DNA of 64,000 nucleotides. Source: Kiritimatiellia bacterium. Lineage in GTDB: Bacteria > Verrucomicrobiota > Kiritimatiellia > SLAD01. Below are positions 55,875-64,000 of this stretch, one piece after another. The notes beneath the pieces are model-generated. The model saw nothing but the letters and a program-made list of their open reading frames with translations. It made no database searches and was not told the DNA's origin. Both the position numbers and the translations under genes were made by a program. The stretch's first letter is position 1, and each line of letters starts with the position of its first letter. The DNA is taken from NCBI GenBank assembly GCA_007134735.1, contig SLKG01000043.1, forward strand, positions 19,317 through 83,316, in the 5' to 3' direction.

Positions 55875-55971
55875 TTCAACGTTTAACAGGTAACGCCTAA
55901 CGTTTAATTCTCGAGGGTCAACCGTATTCCATTGAACGTTAGACGTTGGACATTAAGCGTTAGGTGTTGAA
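55875..55971. repeat. Inverted heptamer arrays (NNYAACG / TTRRRCG)
   Basis: TTCAACG TTTAACA GGTAACG CCTAACG TTTAA ... TTGAACG TTAGACG TTGGACA TTAAGCG TTAGGTG TTGAA. Confidence 0.85.
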
Positions 55972-56054
55972 ATGGGTATTCCCCCCAGAAAGATGTTGCC
56001 CGGCCTTGAGGGGGAAGACCGGGCAACGGGGGGACTATCGCAGGGTTGCGATGG

Positions 56055-56258
56055 TCAGAAACGGGTTCGTTTATTGGATCGTCTAGGTATGGTATAATCT
56101 CGGTTGGCGCATTTGTATATGTTCGTATCCACTTGGGAGGGGGGGATTTCCCGGGGAGGCGGCGCGGTATTGATGTCCCATATGTATTTCAACCATTCGA
56201 CTCCTGCGCCCGTATCGCCGGAAGTATGTCCCGCGCCATCACCCATAGTCGAAGCCAT
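56055..56258 (-). CDS. Possible small hypothetical protein (67 aa)
   Basis: GGAGG RBS upstream of the ATG and two hairpins immediately after the stop; no recognisable domain. Confidence 0.3.
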   Translation of the reverse strand: MASTMGDGAGHTSGDTGAGVEWLKYIWDINTAPPPREIPPSQVDTNIYKCANRDYTIPRRSNKRTRF

Positions 56259-56363
56259 TCGCCGCCCTCCATATTTTATTCAACGTGTTTGCAATATGGT
56301 GTATGGTCTATGGAGTTACCCGTGGAAGAGGTATTTGTTTAGAAGAAAAATCAGGCGCAGCCC

Positions 56364-56840
56364 ATGAAGCCGAAATATAGTCAAGGCGTCCCGTGGAGGG
56401 TGTTGCTCGGACTGCTGGTTTTGATCGGCGGGTGCGTGTATCGTGATGTCCGGCGGTCGCCGCCGCGGGAAATACGGAATCGTCCGGCGCGGGAGTACAC
56501 GCTTGAAGTGACGGCCTATTGCCCGTGCGGTCATTGTTGCGGGTGGCATAGGAACTGGCTGGGCCGGCCGGTCTTTTCGTCGGGACCGCAGCGGGGACAA
56601 CGCAAACAGGTCGGGATAACGGCCAGTGGCACGCGCGCCCGGCCCGGCACCATTGCCGCGGATACGTCGATTTTTCCGTTCGGCACGGTCATGTATGTGC
56701 CGGGATATGGCTATGGCGTCGTGGAGGATCGCGGAGGCGCCATTCAGGGTCACCGAATTGATCTGTTTTATCGACGGCATGACGAGGCCCTGAAATGGGG
56801 CCGGCAGAATATACGGGTCAAAGTCTGGTTGGTGGAATGA
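56364..56840 (+). CDS. 3D-domain lipoprotein (MltA/Sps-like)
   Basis: Lipobox LIGGC; TAY, GITASG, IAAD, VEDRGGAIQG and IDLF. Confidence 0.9.
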   Translation: MKPKYSQGVPWRVLLGLLVLIGGCVYRDVRRSPPREIRNRPAREYTLEVTAYCPCGHCCGWHRNWLGRPVFSSGPQRGQRKQVGITASGTRARPGTIAADTSIFPFGTVMYVPGYGYGVVEDRGGAIQGHRIDLFYRRHDEALKWGRQNIRVKVWLVE

Positions 56841-56906
56841 GGGCCGGACCAAGCGCCGGGCGCGGCGTTCGGGACCGTTTCAAGGCAGAGGGGGTAGAGT
56901 CTGATC

Positions 56907-58289
56907 ATGAACATGCGTAAAGAAAAGGATTCCCTGGGCGAAAAGGAGGTTCCGGCGGATGCCTGGTACGGCATTCATACGGCGCGCTCCCGGGAGAATT
57001 TCAATGTCGGCGGCGAGCCTATGCCGCTGGAGATCGTGTATGGCATGGTGAAGCTGAAGGGGGCCTGCGCGCGCGCCAACCGGGCGCTGGGCCTGTTGGA
57101 TGAAGAGAAAGCCGATGCCATCGCGCGGGCGTGTGAACGCGTGTTGCGGGGCGGATTCGAGGATCAATTCGCCGTGGACGTATTCCAGGCGGGCTCGGGC
57201 ACGTCGTCGAACATGAACGTCAACGAGGTGATCGCCAACGTGGCGTGCGATGAGCTGGGCGGTCAACCCGGGGATCGTCACCGGGTTCATCCGAACGACG
57301 ACGTCAACAAGGGGCAATCGACCAACAACATCATGCCGTCCGGCATCAAGGTGGCCTGCGCGGAATTGTCGAACGAACTGATGGACGCCGCGCGGCGACT
57401 GGCGGAGCAATTGCGTGCGAAGGAAAAAGAATTCAAGGAGGTCATCAAGAGCGGACGCACTCATTTACAGGATGCGGTGCCGGTGACGCTGGGACAGGAG
57501 TTCGGGGCCTGGGCGCGCGCGTTGGAGAAGGATGTGGATCGTGTGCGCGAAGCGCGCGAGCGAATTCTGGAACTGGGCGCCGGGGGCAACGCGGTCGGCA
57601 CGGGCGTCAATACGAAACGGGAATTCCGTCCGTTAATCATGAAGGCCTTAAACGAGATCACGGGGGAATCGTATCGCGTGGCGGAAAACGGAATCGAGGT
57701 GACGCAGTTCATGACCGATCTCGGCCATCTGTCGGCGACGTTGAAGTTGATGAGCCTGGACCTGCTCAAGATCGCCAACGATCTGCGGTTGCTGGCTTCC
57801 GGGCCGAACACGGGATTTGCCGAGATGGTCCTGCCGGCCGTGGAACCGGGTTCCTCGATCATGCCGGGCAAGATCAATCCCAGCATCTGCGAGGCGGCAA
57901 ACATGGCCTGCCTGCAGGTGGTCGGTCACGACGCGGCCGTGACGGCAGCGGTCGGCGCCGGGCAACTGGAACTCAATACGCATATGCCGCTGATCGGCCT
58001 GAACCTGGTCAAATCGCTCCGTATCCTTGCGCGTTGCTGCCGCATGCTGGGCGACCGGTGTGTGGCGGGGATCCGGGCCGACGAAGCCGTCTGTCTGCGC
58101 TATTTTGAGACCAGCGGCGGTTTGCCCACGATCCTGAACCCGATCCTGGGATACGATAAGGTAGCCGAACTGGTGAAGGAATCCCTGCGCACGAAGAAAA
58201 GCCTGAAGGAACTCGTGTTTGAAAAGAAGATCATCGACCGGGAACAATTCGAGGTGTTGTTGAAGCGATCGACGGGGCCGATGGAGTGA
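56907..58289 (+). CDS. fumC: Class II fumarate hydratase (aspartase/fumarase superfamily)
   Basis: GSGTSSNMN, HPNDDVN, SGRTHLQDA and GSSIMPGKINP; translationally coupled to sdhCAB. AspA cannot be excluded. Confidence 0.7.
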   Translation: MNMRKEKDSLGEKEVPADAWYGIHTARSRENFNVGGEPMPLEIVYGMVKLKGACARANRALGLLDEEKADAIARACERVLRGGFEDQFAVDVFQAGSGTSSNMNVNEVIANVACDELGGQPGDRHRVHPNDDVNKGQSTNNIMPSGIKVACAELSNELMDAARRLAEQLRAKEKEFKEVIKSGRTHLQDAVPVTLGQEFGAWARALEKDVDRVREARERILELGAGGNAVGTGVNTKREFRPLIMKALNEITGESYRVAENGIEVTQFMTDLGHLSATLKLMSLDLLKIANDLRLLASGPNTGFAEMVLPAVEPGSSIMPGKINPSICEAANMACLQVVGHDAAVTAAVGAGQLELNTHMPLIGLNLVKSLRILARCCRMLGDRCVAGIRADEAVCLRYFETSGGLPTILNPILGYDKVAELVKESLRTKKSLKELVFEKKIIDREQFEVLLKRSTGPME

Positions 58290-59020
58290 GTACATTTGTC
58301 GCAAAAGCCGGATCGTCACTGGGTAAGAAGTTCATTACCGGGATTACCGGTTTTGGGCTGTTTGTGTTCATCGTGACGCACCTCGGCGGCAACCTCCTGT
58401 TGCTGGTGGGCCCCGATGCCTTCAATGCCTATGCCCACTATCTGCACACGGCCATGCACGGCTGGTTTCTCCATATGGCGCGCGCCGGACTGTCGGCGTT
58501 CTTCCTGTTTCACGTCGTGTCGGGGCTTGCGGTGTACCGGGATAAATTACGGGCCCGGCCGGAACGCTATGAGAAAATGGCGGATGCAGGCGGGACGAGC
58601 CGCAAAACCCTGTCTTCGCGCACCATGGCGTTTTCGGGCCTGGTGATCCTGGTATTCCTGGTTCTGCATGTCGCCCATTTCAGATTCGGCCCCGGCCTGG
58701 AGCAGGGCTATGTCACGGAAGTGAACGGTGTCGAGATGCGCGATCTGTACCGGTTGGTGGTCGAGGAGTTCAACAAGCCCGTGGTCGTGTACGCTTATGT
58801 GTTCGTGATGCTTCTGATGGGCATGCATGTGCGGCACGGGTTCTGGAGCATGTTCCAGTCGCTCGGCCTCGCACGACCCAACACGGTCCCGACGTTGAGC
58901 GGGATGGGCCTGGTATTCGGCGTGGTGCTGGCGGTCGGCTTCATGCTCGTTCCGCTGTATATCCTGTATTTCATTCCGCCGCCCTCCGAGGCGGCCCTGG
59001 CGCCGGGGGTCCTGCCATGA
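58286..59020 (+). CDS. sdhC: Succinate dehydrogenase/fumarate reductase cytochrome b subunit
   Basis: Five TM segments with heme His residues ([27 protein letters not shown]). Confidence 0.92.
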   Translation: MSTFVAKAGSSLGKKFITGITGFGLFVFIVTHLGGNLLLLVGPDAFNAYAHYLHTAMHGWFLHMARAGLSAFFLFHVVSGLAVYRDKLRARPERYEKMADAGGTSRKTLSSRTMAFSGLVILVFLVLHVAHFRFGPGLEQGYVTEVNGVEMRDLYRLVVEEFNKPVVVYAYVFVMLLMGMHVRHGFWSMFQSLGLARPNTVPTLSGMGLVFGVVLAVGFMLVPLYILYFIPPPSEAALAPGVLP

Positions 59021-60957
59021 GCGAATGGTTCGACATTGGGGAAAATCTCCTGGACGGCGGCGTCCCTCCGGGCGCCATCGAAGTCAAATGGGACCGGTAC
59101 CGAAGCGAGATGCAATTGCTGGCTCCGGCCAACAAGCGTCATTACCGGATCATCGTGGTCGGCACCGGGTTGGCGGGTGCTTCGGCCGCGGCGTCGCTCG
59201 CGGAACTCGGCTACACGGTGCTCAATTTCTGCATCCAGGATTCACCGCGGCGTGCGCACAGCGTGGCGGCACAGGGCGGGATCAACGCCGCCAAGAATTA
59301 CCAGAACGACGGCGACAGCGTGTGGCGTTTGTTTCTCGACACGGTGCGGGGCGGCGATTACCGGTCGCGCGAGGCCAATGTATACCGGCTTTCCGAGTTG
59401 AGCTCGGATATCATCGATCAATGCGTGGCCCAGGGCGTTCCCTTCGCGCGCGAGTACGGCGGGATGTTGTCGAACCGCTCGTTCGGGGGCGCGCAGGTTT
59501 CGCGCACCTTCTATGCGCGGGGACAGACGGGACAGCAGTTATTGCTGGGCTGTTACGGCGCCCTGATGCGGCAGGTGAACGCGGGCCGCGTGCGCTTGTT
59601 TCCCCGTCGCGAGATGCTCGACCTGGTGCGGGTGGACGGACGGGCACGGGGCATCCTGTGCCGGAACCTGGTCACGGGGGAAATCGAGCGGTATGCAGGC
59701 GAGGCGGTACTGCTCTGCACCGGAGGTTATTCCACGGTATATTTCCTGTCCACCAACGCGGTTAATTGCAACGCCACGGCCATCTGGCGGTGTTACAAGA
59801 AGGGCGCCTATTTCGCCAATCCGTCTTTCACCCAGATTCATCCCACCTGCGTGCCGCAGTTGGGGGAGGTGCAGTCGAAACTGACGTTGATGAGCGAGAG
59901 TCTGCGGAACGACGGGCGGGTCTGGGTGCCGTCGGAACCCGGCGATACACGCGCGCCCGCGAACATTTCCGAAAGCGAACGGGATTATTTCCTGGAACGA
60001 CTGTATCCCGCCTTCGGCAACCTGGTCCCGCGCGATATCGCGTCACGGGCGGCGAAGAAGATGTGCGACGAAGGGCGCGGGGTGGGCCCGACCGGTTATG
60101 CCGTGTACCTGGATTTCAGCGACGCCATCGAGCGTGAAGGCATCGACGTCATCCGCGAGCGGTACAACAATCTGTTCCCGATGTACGAGGAGATCACGGG
60201 CGAGGATCCGTATCACACGCCCATGATGATTTATCCCGCGCCGCACTACACCATGGGCGGGTTGTGGGTGGACTATAATCTCATGAGCACCATCCCGGGC
60301 CTGTACGTGCTGGGCGAGGCAAACTATTCCGATCACGGCGCCAACCGGCTCGGCGCCAGCGCCCTGATGCAGGGACTGGCGGACGGGTATTTCATCATTT
60401 CGTACACCATGGAGCATTTCCTTGCCTCGAACAAACGCGAGCAGGTGTCGACGGATCATCCGGCGTTTGCGGAGTCCGAGGAGTCGATTCGCCGGGAAGT
60501 GGCCCGGTACCTGTCGCACACGAGCGGGAAGAGTGTGAAACAGTTTCACTGGGAGCTGGGGCGAATCATGTGGGACAAGGTGGGCATGTCCCGGAACGCC
60601 GCGGGCCTGCGGGAGGCGATCGGGGAAATCCGCGCGTTGCGCAAGGAATTTCACGATCACGTGCATGTGCCCGGAACGGGCGAGGAACTTAACAAGAACC
60701 TGGAAATGGCGGGCCGGGTGGCCGACTTTTTCGAGCTGGGCGAATTGATGGCCATCGATGCCCTGCACCGGAACGAATCCTGCGGCGGCCATTTTCGCGA
60801 GGAATACCAGACCGAAGAAGGGGAAGCCCTGCGGGACGATGAAAACTTTTCGTACGTGGCGGCCTACGAATACCGGGGCCCGGATCAAAAGATCGTTTTG
60901 CACAGGGAGCCGCTTAAATTCCGGCACGCACAACCTTCGCACAGGAGTTACAAGTAG
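59017..60957 (+). CDS. sdhA: Succinate dehydrogenase/fumarate reductase flavoprotein
   Basis: [36 protein letters not shown] and RNESCGGH. Confidence 0.97.
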   Translation: MSEWFDIGENLLDGGVPPGAIEVKWDRYRSEMQLLAPANKRHYRIIVVGTGLAGASAAASLAELGYTVLNFCIQDSPRRAHSVAAQGGINAAKNYQNDGDSVWRLFLDTVRGGDYRSREANVYRLSELSSDIIDQCVAQGVPFAREYGGMLSNRSFGGAQVSRTFYARGQTGQQLLLGCYGALMRQVNAGRVRLFPRREMLDLVRVDGRARGILCRNLVTGEIERYAGEAVLLCTGGYSTVYFLSTNAVNCNATAIWRCYKKGAYFANPSFTQIHPTCVPQLGEVQSKLTLMSESLRNDGRVWVPSEPGDTRAPANISESERDYFLERLYPAFGNLVPRDIASRAAKKMCDEGRGVGPTGYAVYLDFSDAIEREGIDVIRERYNNLFPMYEEITGEDPYHTPMMIYPAPHYTMGGLWVDYNLMSTIPGLYVLGEANYSDHGANRLGASALMQGLADGYFIISYTMEHFLASNKREQVSTDHPAFAESEESIRREVARYLSHTSGKSVKQFHWELGRIMWDKVGMSRNAAGLREAIGEIRALRKEFHDHVHVPGTGEELNKNLEMAGRVADFFELGELMAIDALHRNESCGGHFREEYQTEEGEALRDDENFSYVAAYEYRGPDQKIVLHREPLKFRHAQPSHRSYK

Positions 60958-60963
60958 CGCATT

Positions 60964-61728
60964 ATGACCACCGGCGAAACCATGACCCTTCACCTCAAGG
61001 TCTGGCGGCAACGCGGACCGGACCAACCGGGTGCGTTAACGCCCTACACGGTCACCGGCGTGTCGCCCGACATGTCATTCCTGGAAATGCTGGATTTGCT
61101 GAATGAGCAATTGATCGAGCGAAACGAACTTCCGGTTGAGTTCGACAGCGATTGCCGGGAAGGCATTTGCGGCACGTGCGGATTGGTAATCGACGGAATT
61201 GCGCACGGACCCAAGCGGGCCTGCACGACCTGTGAACTGCGCATGCGAAATTACCGGGATGGAGACACGATAACGGTGGAACCGTTTCGCGCGCGGGGGT
61301 TTCCGGTGCTCAAGGATCTCGTGGTGGATCGCGGCGCCTTTGACCGCATCATATCCAAGGGCGGATACATTTCCGTCAATACCGGATCGGCTCCGGAGGC
61401 CAACACGATTCCGGTTCCGAAGTACAAGACGGAAGCGGCGATGGACGCGGCGATTTGCATCGGGTGCGGCGCGTGCGTGGCGGCCTGTCCAAATGCGTCG
61501 GCCGCGCTGTTCGTGGGCGCCAAGGTGTCGCAGTTTGCGCTGTTGCCGCAGGGGCATGCCGAGCGCAAGGTTCGGGTGGTGCGCATGGTGGAGCAGATGG
61601 ACACCGAGGGATTCGGCGCCTGTTCCAATCACGGCGAATGTGAAGCGGTTTGTCCCAAGAAGATATCCATCACCTATATTGCGCGCATGCGGCGCGAATA
61701 TTTCAAGGCTGCGCTGGCCGGGGTATAA
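60964..61728 (+). CDS. sdhB: Succinate dehydrogenase/fumarate reductase Fe-S subunit
   Basis: [21 protein letters not shown] and [12 protein letters not shown]. Confidence 0.97.
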   Translation: MTTGETMTLHLKVWRQRGPDQPGALTPYTVTGVSPDMSFLEMLDLLNEQLIERNELPVEFDSDCREGICGTCGLVIDGIAHGPKRACTTCELRMRNYRDGDTITVEPFRARGFPVLKDLVVDRGAFDRIISKGGYISVNTGSAPEANTIPVPKYKTEAAMDAAICIGCGACVAACPNASAALFVGAKVSQFALLPQGHAERKVRVVRMVEQMDTEGFGACSNHGECEAVCPKKISITYIARMRREYFKAALAGV

Positions 61729-61763
61729 GGGTCGGCGCCTCAAGGGGACCGGGCCGGGTGAGG

Positions 61764-62513
61764 TTAGAAGCCCAGGGCAAGCCCCGAGGACAGGCTTTGA
61801 TTCCGGGAATCAAAATCGTATCGGTATCGGGCGAAAAACATCAAATCCTCCATGGGCCTGAAATTGAGCATAATCTGTCCTTCGGTCCGGCTTTCATCAA
61901 ATACATCCAGATAGGACAGGCCCAACAGGAACGAAAACAGGGGGGTGGCGTGTATCTCGGCGCCCGCGCCGATGCGCAATCCGATATCGGATTCCGTTTT
62001 TCTTTTTCTGCCGCGGGCGGATAATCCGGCGTCTTCTCCCTCGCCCGCGTCTTCGATCCCGACCTCCTCTTCGGTTTCGGCCTCGTCATTCTCGTCGTCT
62101 CCGGGATCGGGCGCCGTTTCGACGAGCATTCTTGTTCCGATACGGCTCCACGCGACAGCGGCTTCGACGTAGGGGTTGATGGGGCGGCCCGGCAAAAGAT
62201 GTACACGGCCTCCCGCCGTGATCAGATCCGTATCCATCTTTTCTTCCCAAATCTTCTGGTCGCTGCGTAATTCCCTTCGTTCCACGTCCGCGTGAAGATC
62301 CAGGTTGGGCAATACGGGAACATTTACGAACGCGCCGTAGAAAAGAAGCTGGCTGGTGAGGTCCCTTACGGCCGGATCATCGGGCCAGATAACCCCGATT
62401 TCGCCGGCGACAAATCCCTTGCCGAGTACCTCTCCCTGTACGTCCGCTACATCCGCAACGGCAAGGAGCAGGAGTGCGTAAAGAGGAAGGATATACTTCA
62501 AAGTCGGCTTCAT
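61764..62513 (-). CDS. Outer membrane beta-barrel protein with a long acidic loop
   Basis: Signal peptide, INPYV, IGAGAE and C-terminal LALGF. Confidence 0.75.
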   Translation of the reverse strand: MKPTLKYILPLYALLLLAVADVADVQGEVLGKGFVAGEIGVIWPDDPAVRDLTSQLLFYGAFVNVPVLPNLDLHADVERRELRSDQKIWEEKMDTDLITAGGRVHLLPGRPINPYVEAAVAWSRIGTRMLVETAPDPGDDENDEAETEEEVGIEDAGEGEDAGLSARGRKRKTESDIGLRIGAGAEIHATPLFSFLLGLSYLDVFDESRTEGQIMLNFRPMEDLMFFARYRYDFDSRNQSLSSGLALGF

Positions 62514-62608
62514 GTGTATGACGCATTCAATTCCATGACCCTGCTTCGTAATGAAATTTCGTTATCAAGTCAACAGGGTTTCAAGCCGGGCCTGTTGGAT
62601 ATCCGTTC

Positions 62609-62648
62609 ACGAAAAAGCCCCTCCCGAAGCGGAAAGGGGCTTTTTCGT
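62609..62648. terminator. Bidirectional rho-independent terminator
   Basis: ACGAAAAAGCCCCT...AGGGGCTTTTTCGT. Confidence 0.85.
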
Positions 62649-62666
62649 TCCCCGTTGTTTCTTCGA

Positions 62667-63179
62667 TCAGAAGAAGAAACGCATGCCGAGCTGGATGCTG
62701 TGGTTGGTGTCTTCCGCTTCTTCCTTGTCGCGAAAGACATCGTCGGTGGCCCACTCAAACAGGTAGTTGAGCGAGATGGCGATGTTTTCGGCGAAGAAGT
62801 ACTTCACGCCGGCCGCCGCGCCGAACACGGCCCCGTCATTGCTGTCGCCGACATCGGGATCCAGGTAGGAGTATTTGGCCGCGAGGCCGGCAAACGGCAC
62901 CAATTCCGTACCCAGGTCCACGTTGTATTCGGTGAACGCGCCGATACCCCATTGCGTCGCGATGTCGTTATCGGCGACGGATGCCAGTATACCGACCTGG
63001 ACGCCGTGAATCACGAACTGCCCGAGACGGAGATCAATTTCAAACGCGGTGCCGACTTCGGAGGCGAACTGCATGTCGCCCTGGACCGCCAGTTCGCGCG
63101 TACCTTGACCGATCAGCACGCCATGCGCTGTTCCGGCCATGAAGGCCATACCCATGATCGCGGTAAGAATTTTTTTCAT
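62667..63179 (-). CDS. Outer membrane beta-barrel protein
   Basis: Signal MKKILTAIMG...AHG, LVPFAG, GVKYFF and C-terminal GMRFFF. Confidence 0.85.
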   Translation of the reverse strand: MKKILTAIMGMAFMAGTAHGVLIGQGTRELAVQGDMQFASEVGTAFEIDLRLGQFVIHGVQVGILASVADNDIATQWGIGAFTEYNVDLGTELVPFAGLAAKYSYLDPDVGDSNDGAVFGAAAGVKYFFAENIAISLNYLFEWATDDVFRDKEEAEDTNHSIQLGMRFFF

Positions 63180-63494
63180 GCTGCTTTCCTTTCATTCGTT
63201 GTCTCGATGTACACCTCTTCGAAATACCATTATACCCCTCATTCCATGTCCAATATTCTGCTCGAAACCGACCATCACCCCCTTTCGGTTCATGTATGCT
63301 CACCGTCTGAGCGGAGCGGTCATGGGGCGTTGATTCGTTGCCGCGCCTGTTGTGCTCAGAACGTTCAAGCAACTACGTGCCCCACGCGTATTTTGCGCAA
63401 CCGTCTCATTCAGTCAAGAACATGTTTGGTATCGGTGCGTTCATGGGGCGGAAGGCAGGCTCCGAAATCGGTTTGCGGGTCGGCGGCGGGTCTG

Positions 63495-64000
63495 TCAAGC
63501 CGCAGGGAACACCGGTGTGCGCATGGCGGGATTTTCCAGGATATCCCGGCGGAGCAGGGTGTTCAGTCGTTTGTATCCCGGACCCGGCTTTCCGTTTCCG
63601 ACGGGCCGGCCCTCAAACTCAACCACGGCACTGACATCGATGGTGGTGCCCGTCATCAAGACCTCGCGGGCTTTGTACAGATCATCGGGGGTAAGGCGCC
63701 GTGTGTCCCTCCCCGTGATCTCCCCGCCGCCGTGCGTGTCCGCGAGTTCGAGTACGCGGCCGACGGTGGTGCCTTCCAGGAAACGGTCCCCCGAAGGCGT
63801 CACAAGGCGTCCTTCCGCATCGATCAAGGCCACATTCTCTATCGATCCCTCCGAGACATACCCCTCTGCATCCAGCGCGAGAACAAAATCCAGGTCCCGG
63901 TCCACGGCCTCTTTTTTCATCAGCACGTTGGGCAGGTAATTGATTGATTTGATGCGCGCCAGCGGCGCCGAGCGGGCCGGAATCGCAGACAGGCCCGCCC
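63495..64000 (-). CDS. Class IV aminotransferase (IlvE/PabC/Dat family), 5' end outside the window
   Basis: RIKSINYLPN, EGSIEN, LEGTT, EVLMTGTT and GKPGP. Confidence 0.9.
   Translation of the reverse strand, partial: AGLSAIPARSAPLARIKSINYLPNVLMKKEAVDRDLDFVLALDAEGYVSEGSIENVALIDAEGRLVTPSGDRFLEGTTVGRVLELADTHGGGEITGRDTRRLTPDDLYKAREVLMTGTTIDVSAVVEFEGRPVGNGKPGPGYKRLNTLLRRDILENPAMRTPVFPAA

Overview
GC-rich bacterial chromosomal window; gene content and repeat style suggest a PVC-superphylum (Kiritimatiellae/Verrucomicrobia-like) organism, which is inference only. It contains: a partial GH35/GH42 beta-galactosidase with a divergent LacI regulator; a xanthine-dehydrogenase-family molybdoenzyme operon interrupted by a REP-associated tyrosine transposase (RAYT); mocA-like, gpsA, plsY; a large secreted GH13 with starch-binding modules; rpoN; a hybrid kinase with a degenerate ATP pocket; a type II secretion cluster (gspEFGHIJKLMD, pilD elsewhere, no gspC seen); trmJ, an Lrp/aminotransferase pair, nnr-acpS-pdxJ; a tandem degenerate GGDEF protein; a sugar ABC ATPase; a GT4-fetAB-GT4 cluster; aroK/pilD/aroE/leuA with a Leu/Val-rich leader-peptide attenuator; namZ-like; tRNA-Val and tRNA-Cys; gcvH-lipB; rsmB; fumC-sdhCAB; and several beta-barrel proteins. 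No CRISPR array, prophage or rRNA was found. The most unusual signal is a dense population of REP palindromes and inverted 6/7/8-bp tandem-repeat arrays. These occur at gene junctions and also in frame inside the cleavable prepilin leader peptides of consecutive minor pseudopilins (clearest in gspK and gspJ), which suggests PilD-removed leaders act as a safe harbour for repeat DNA.
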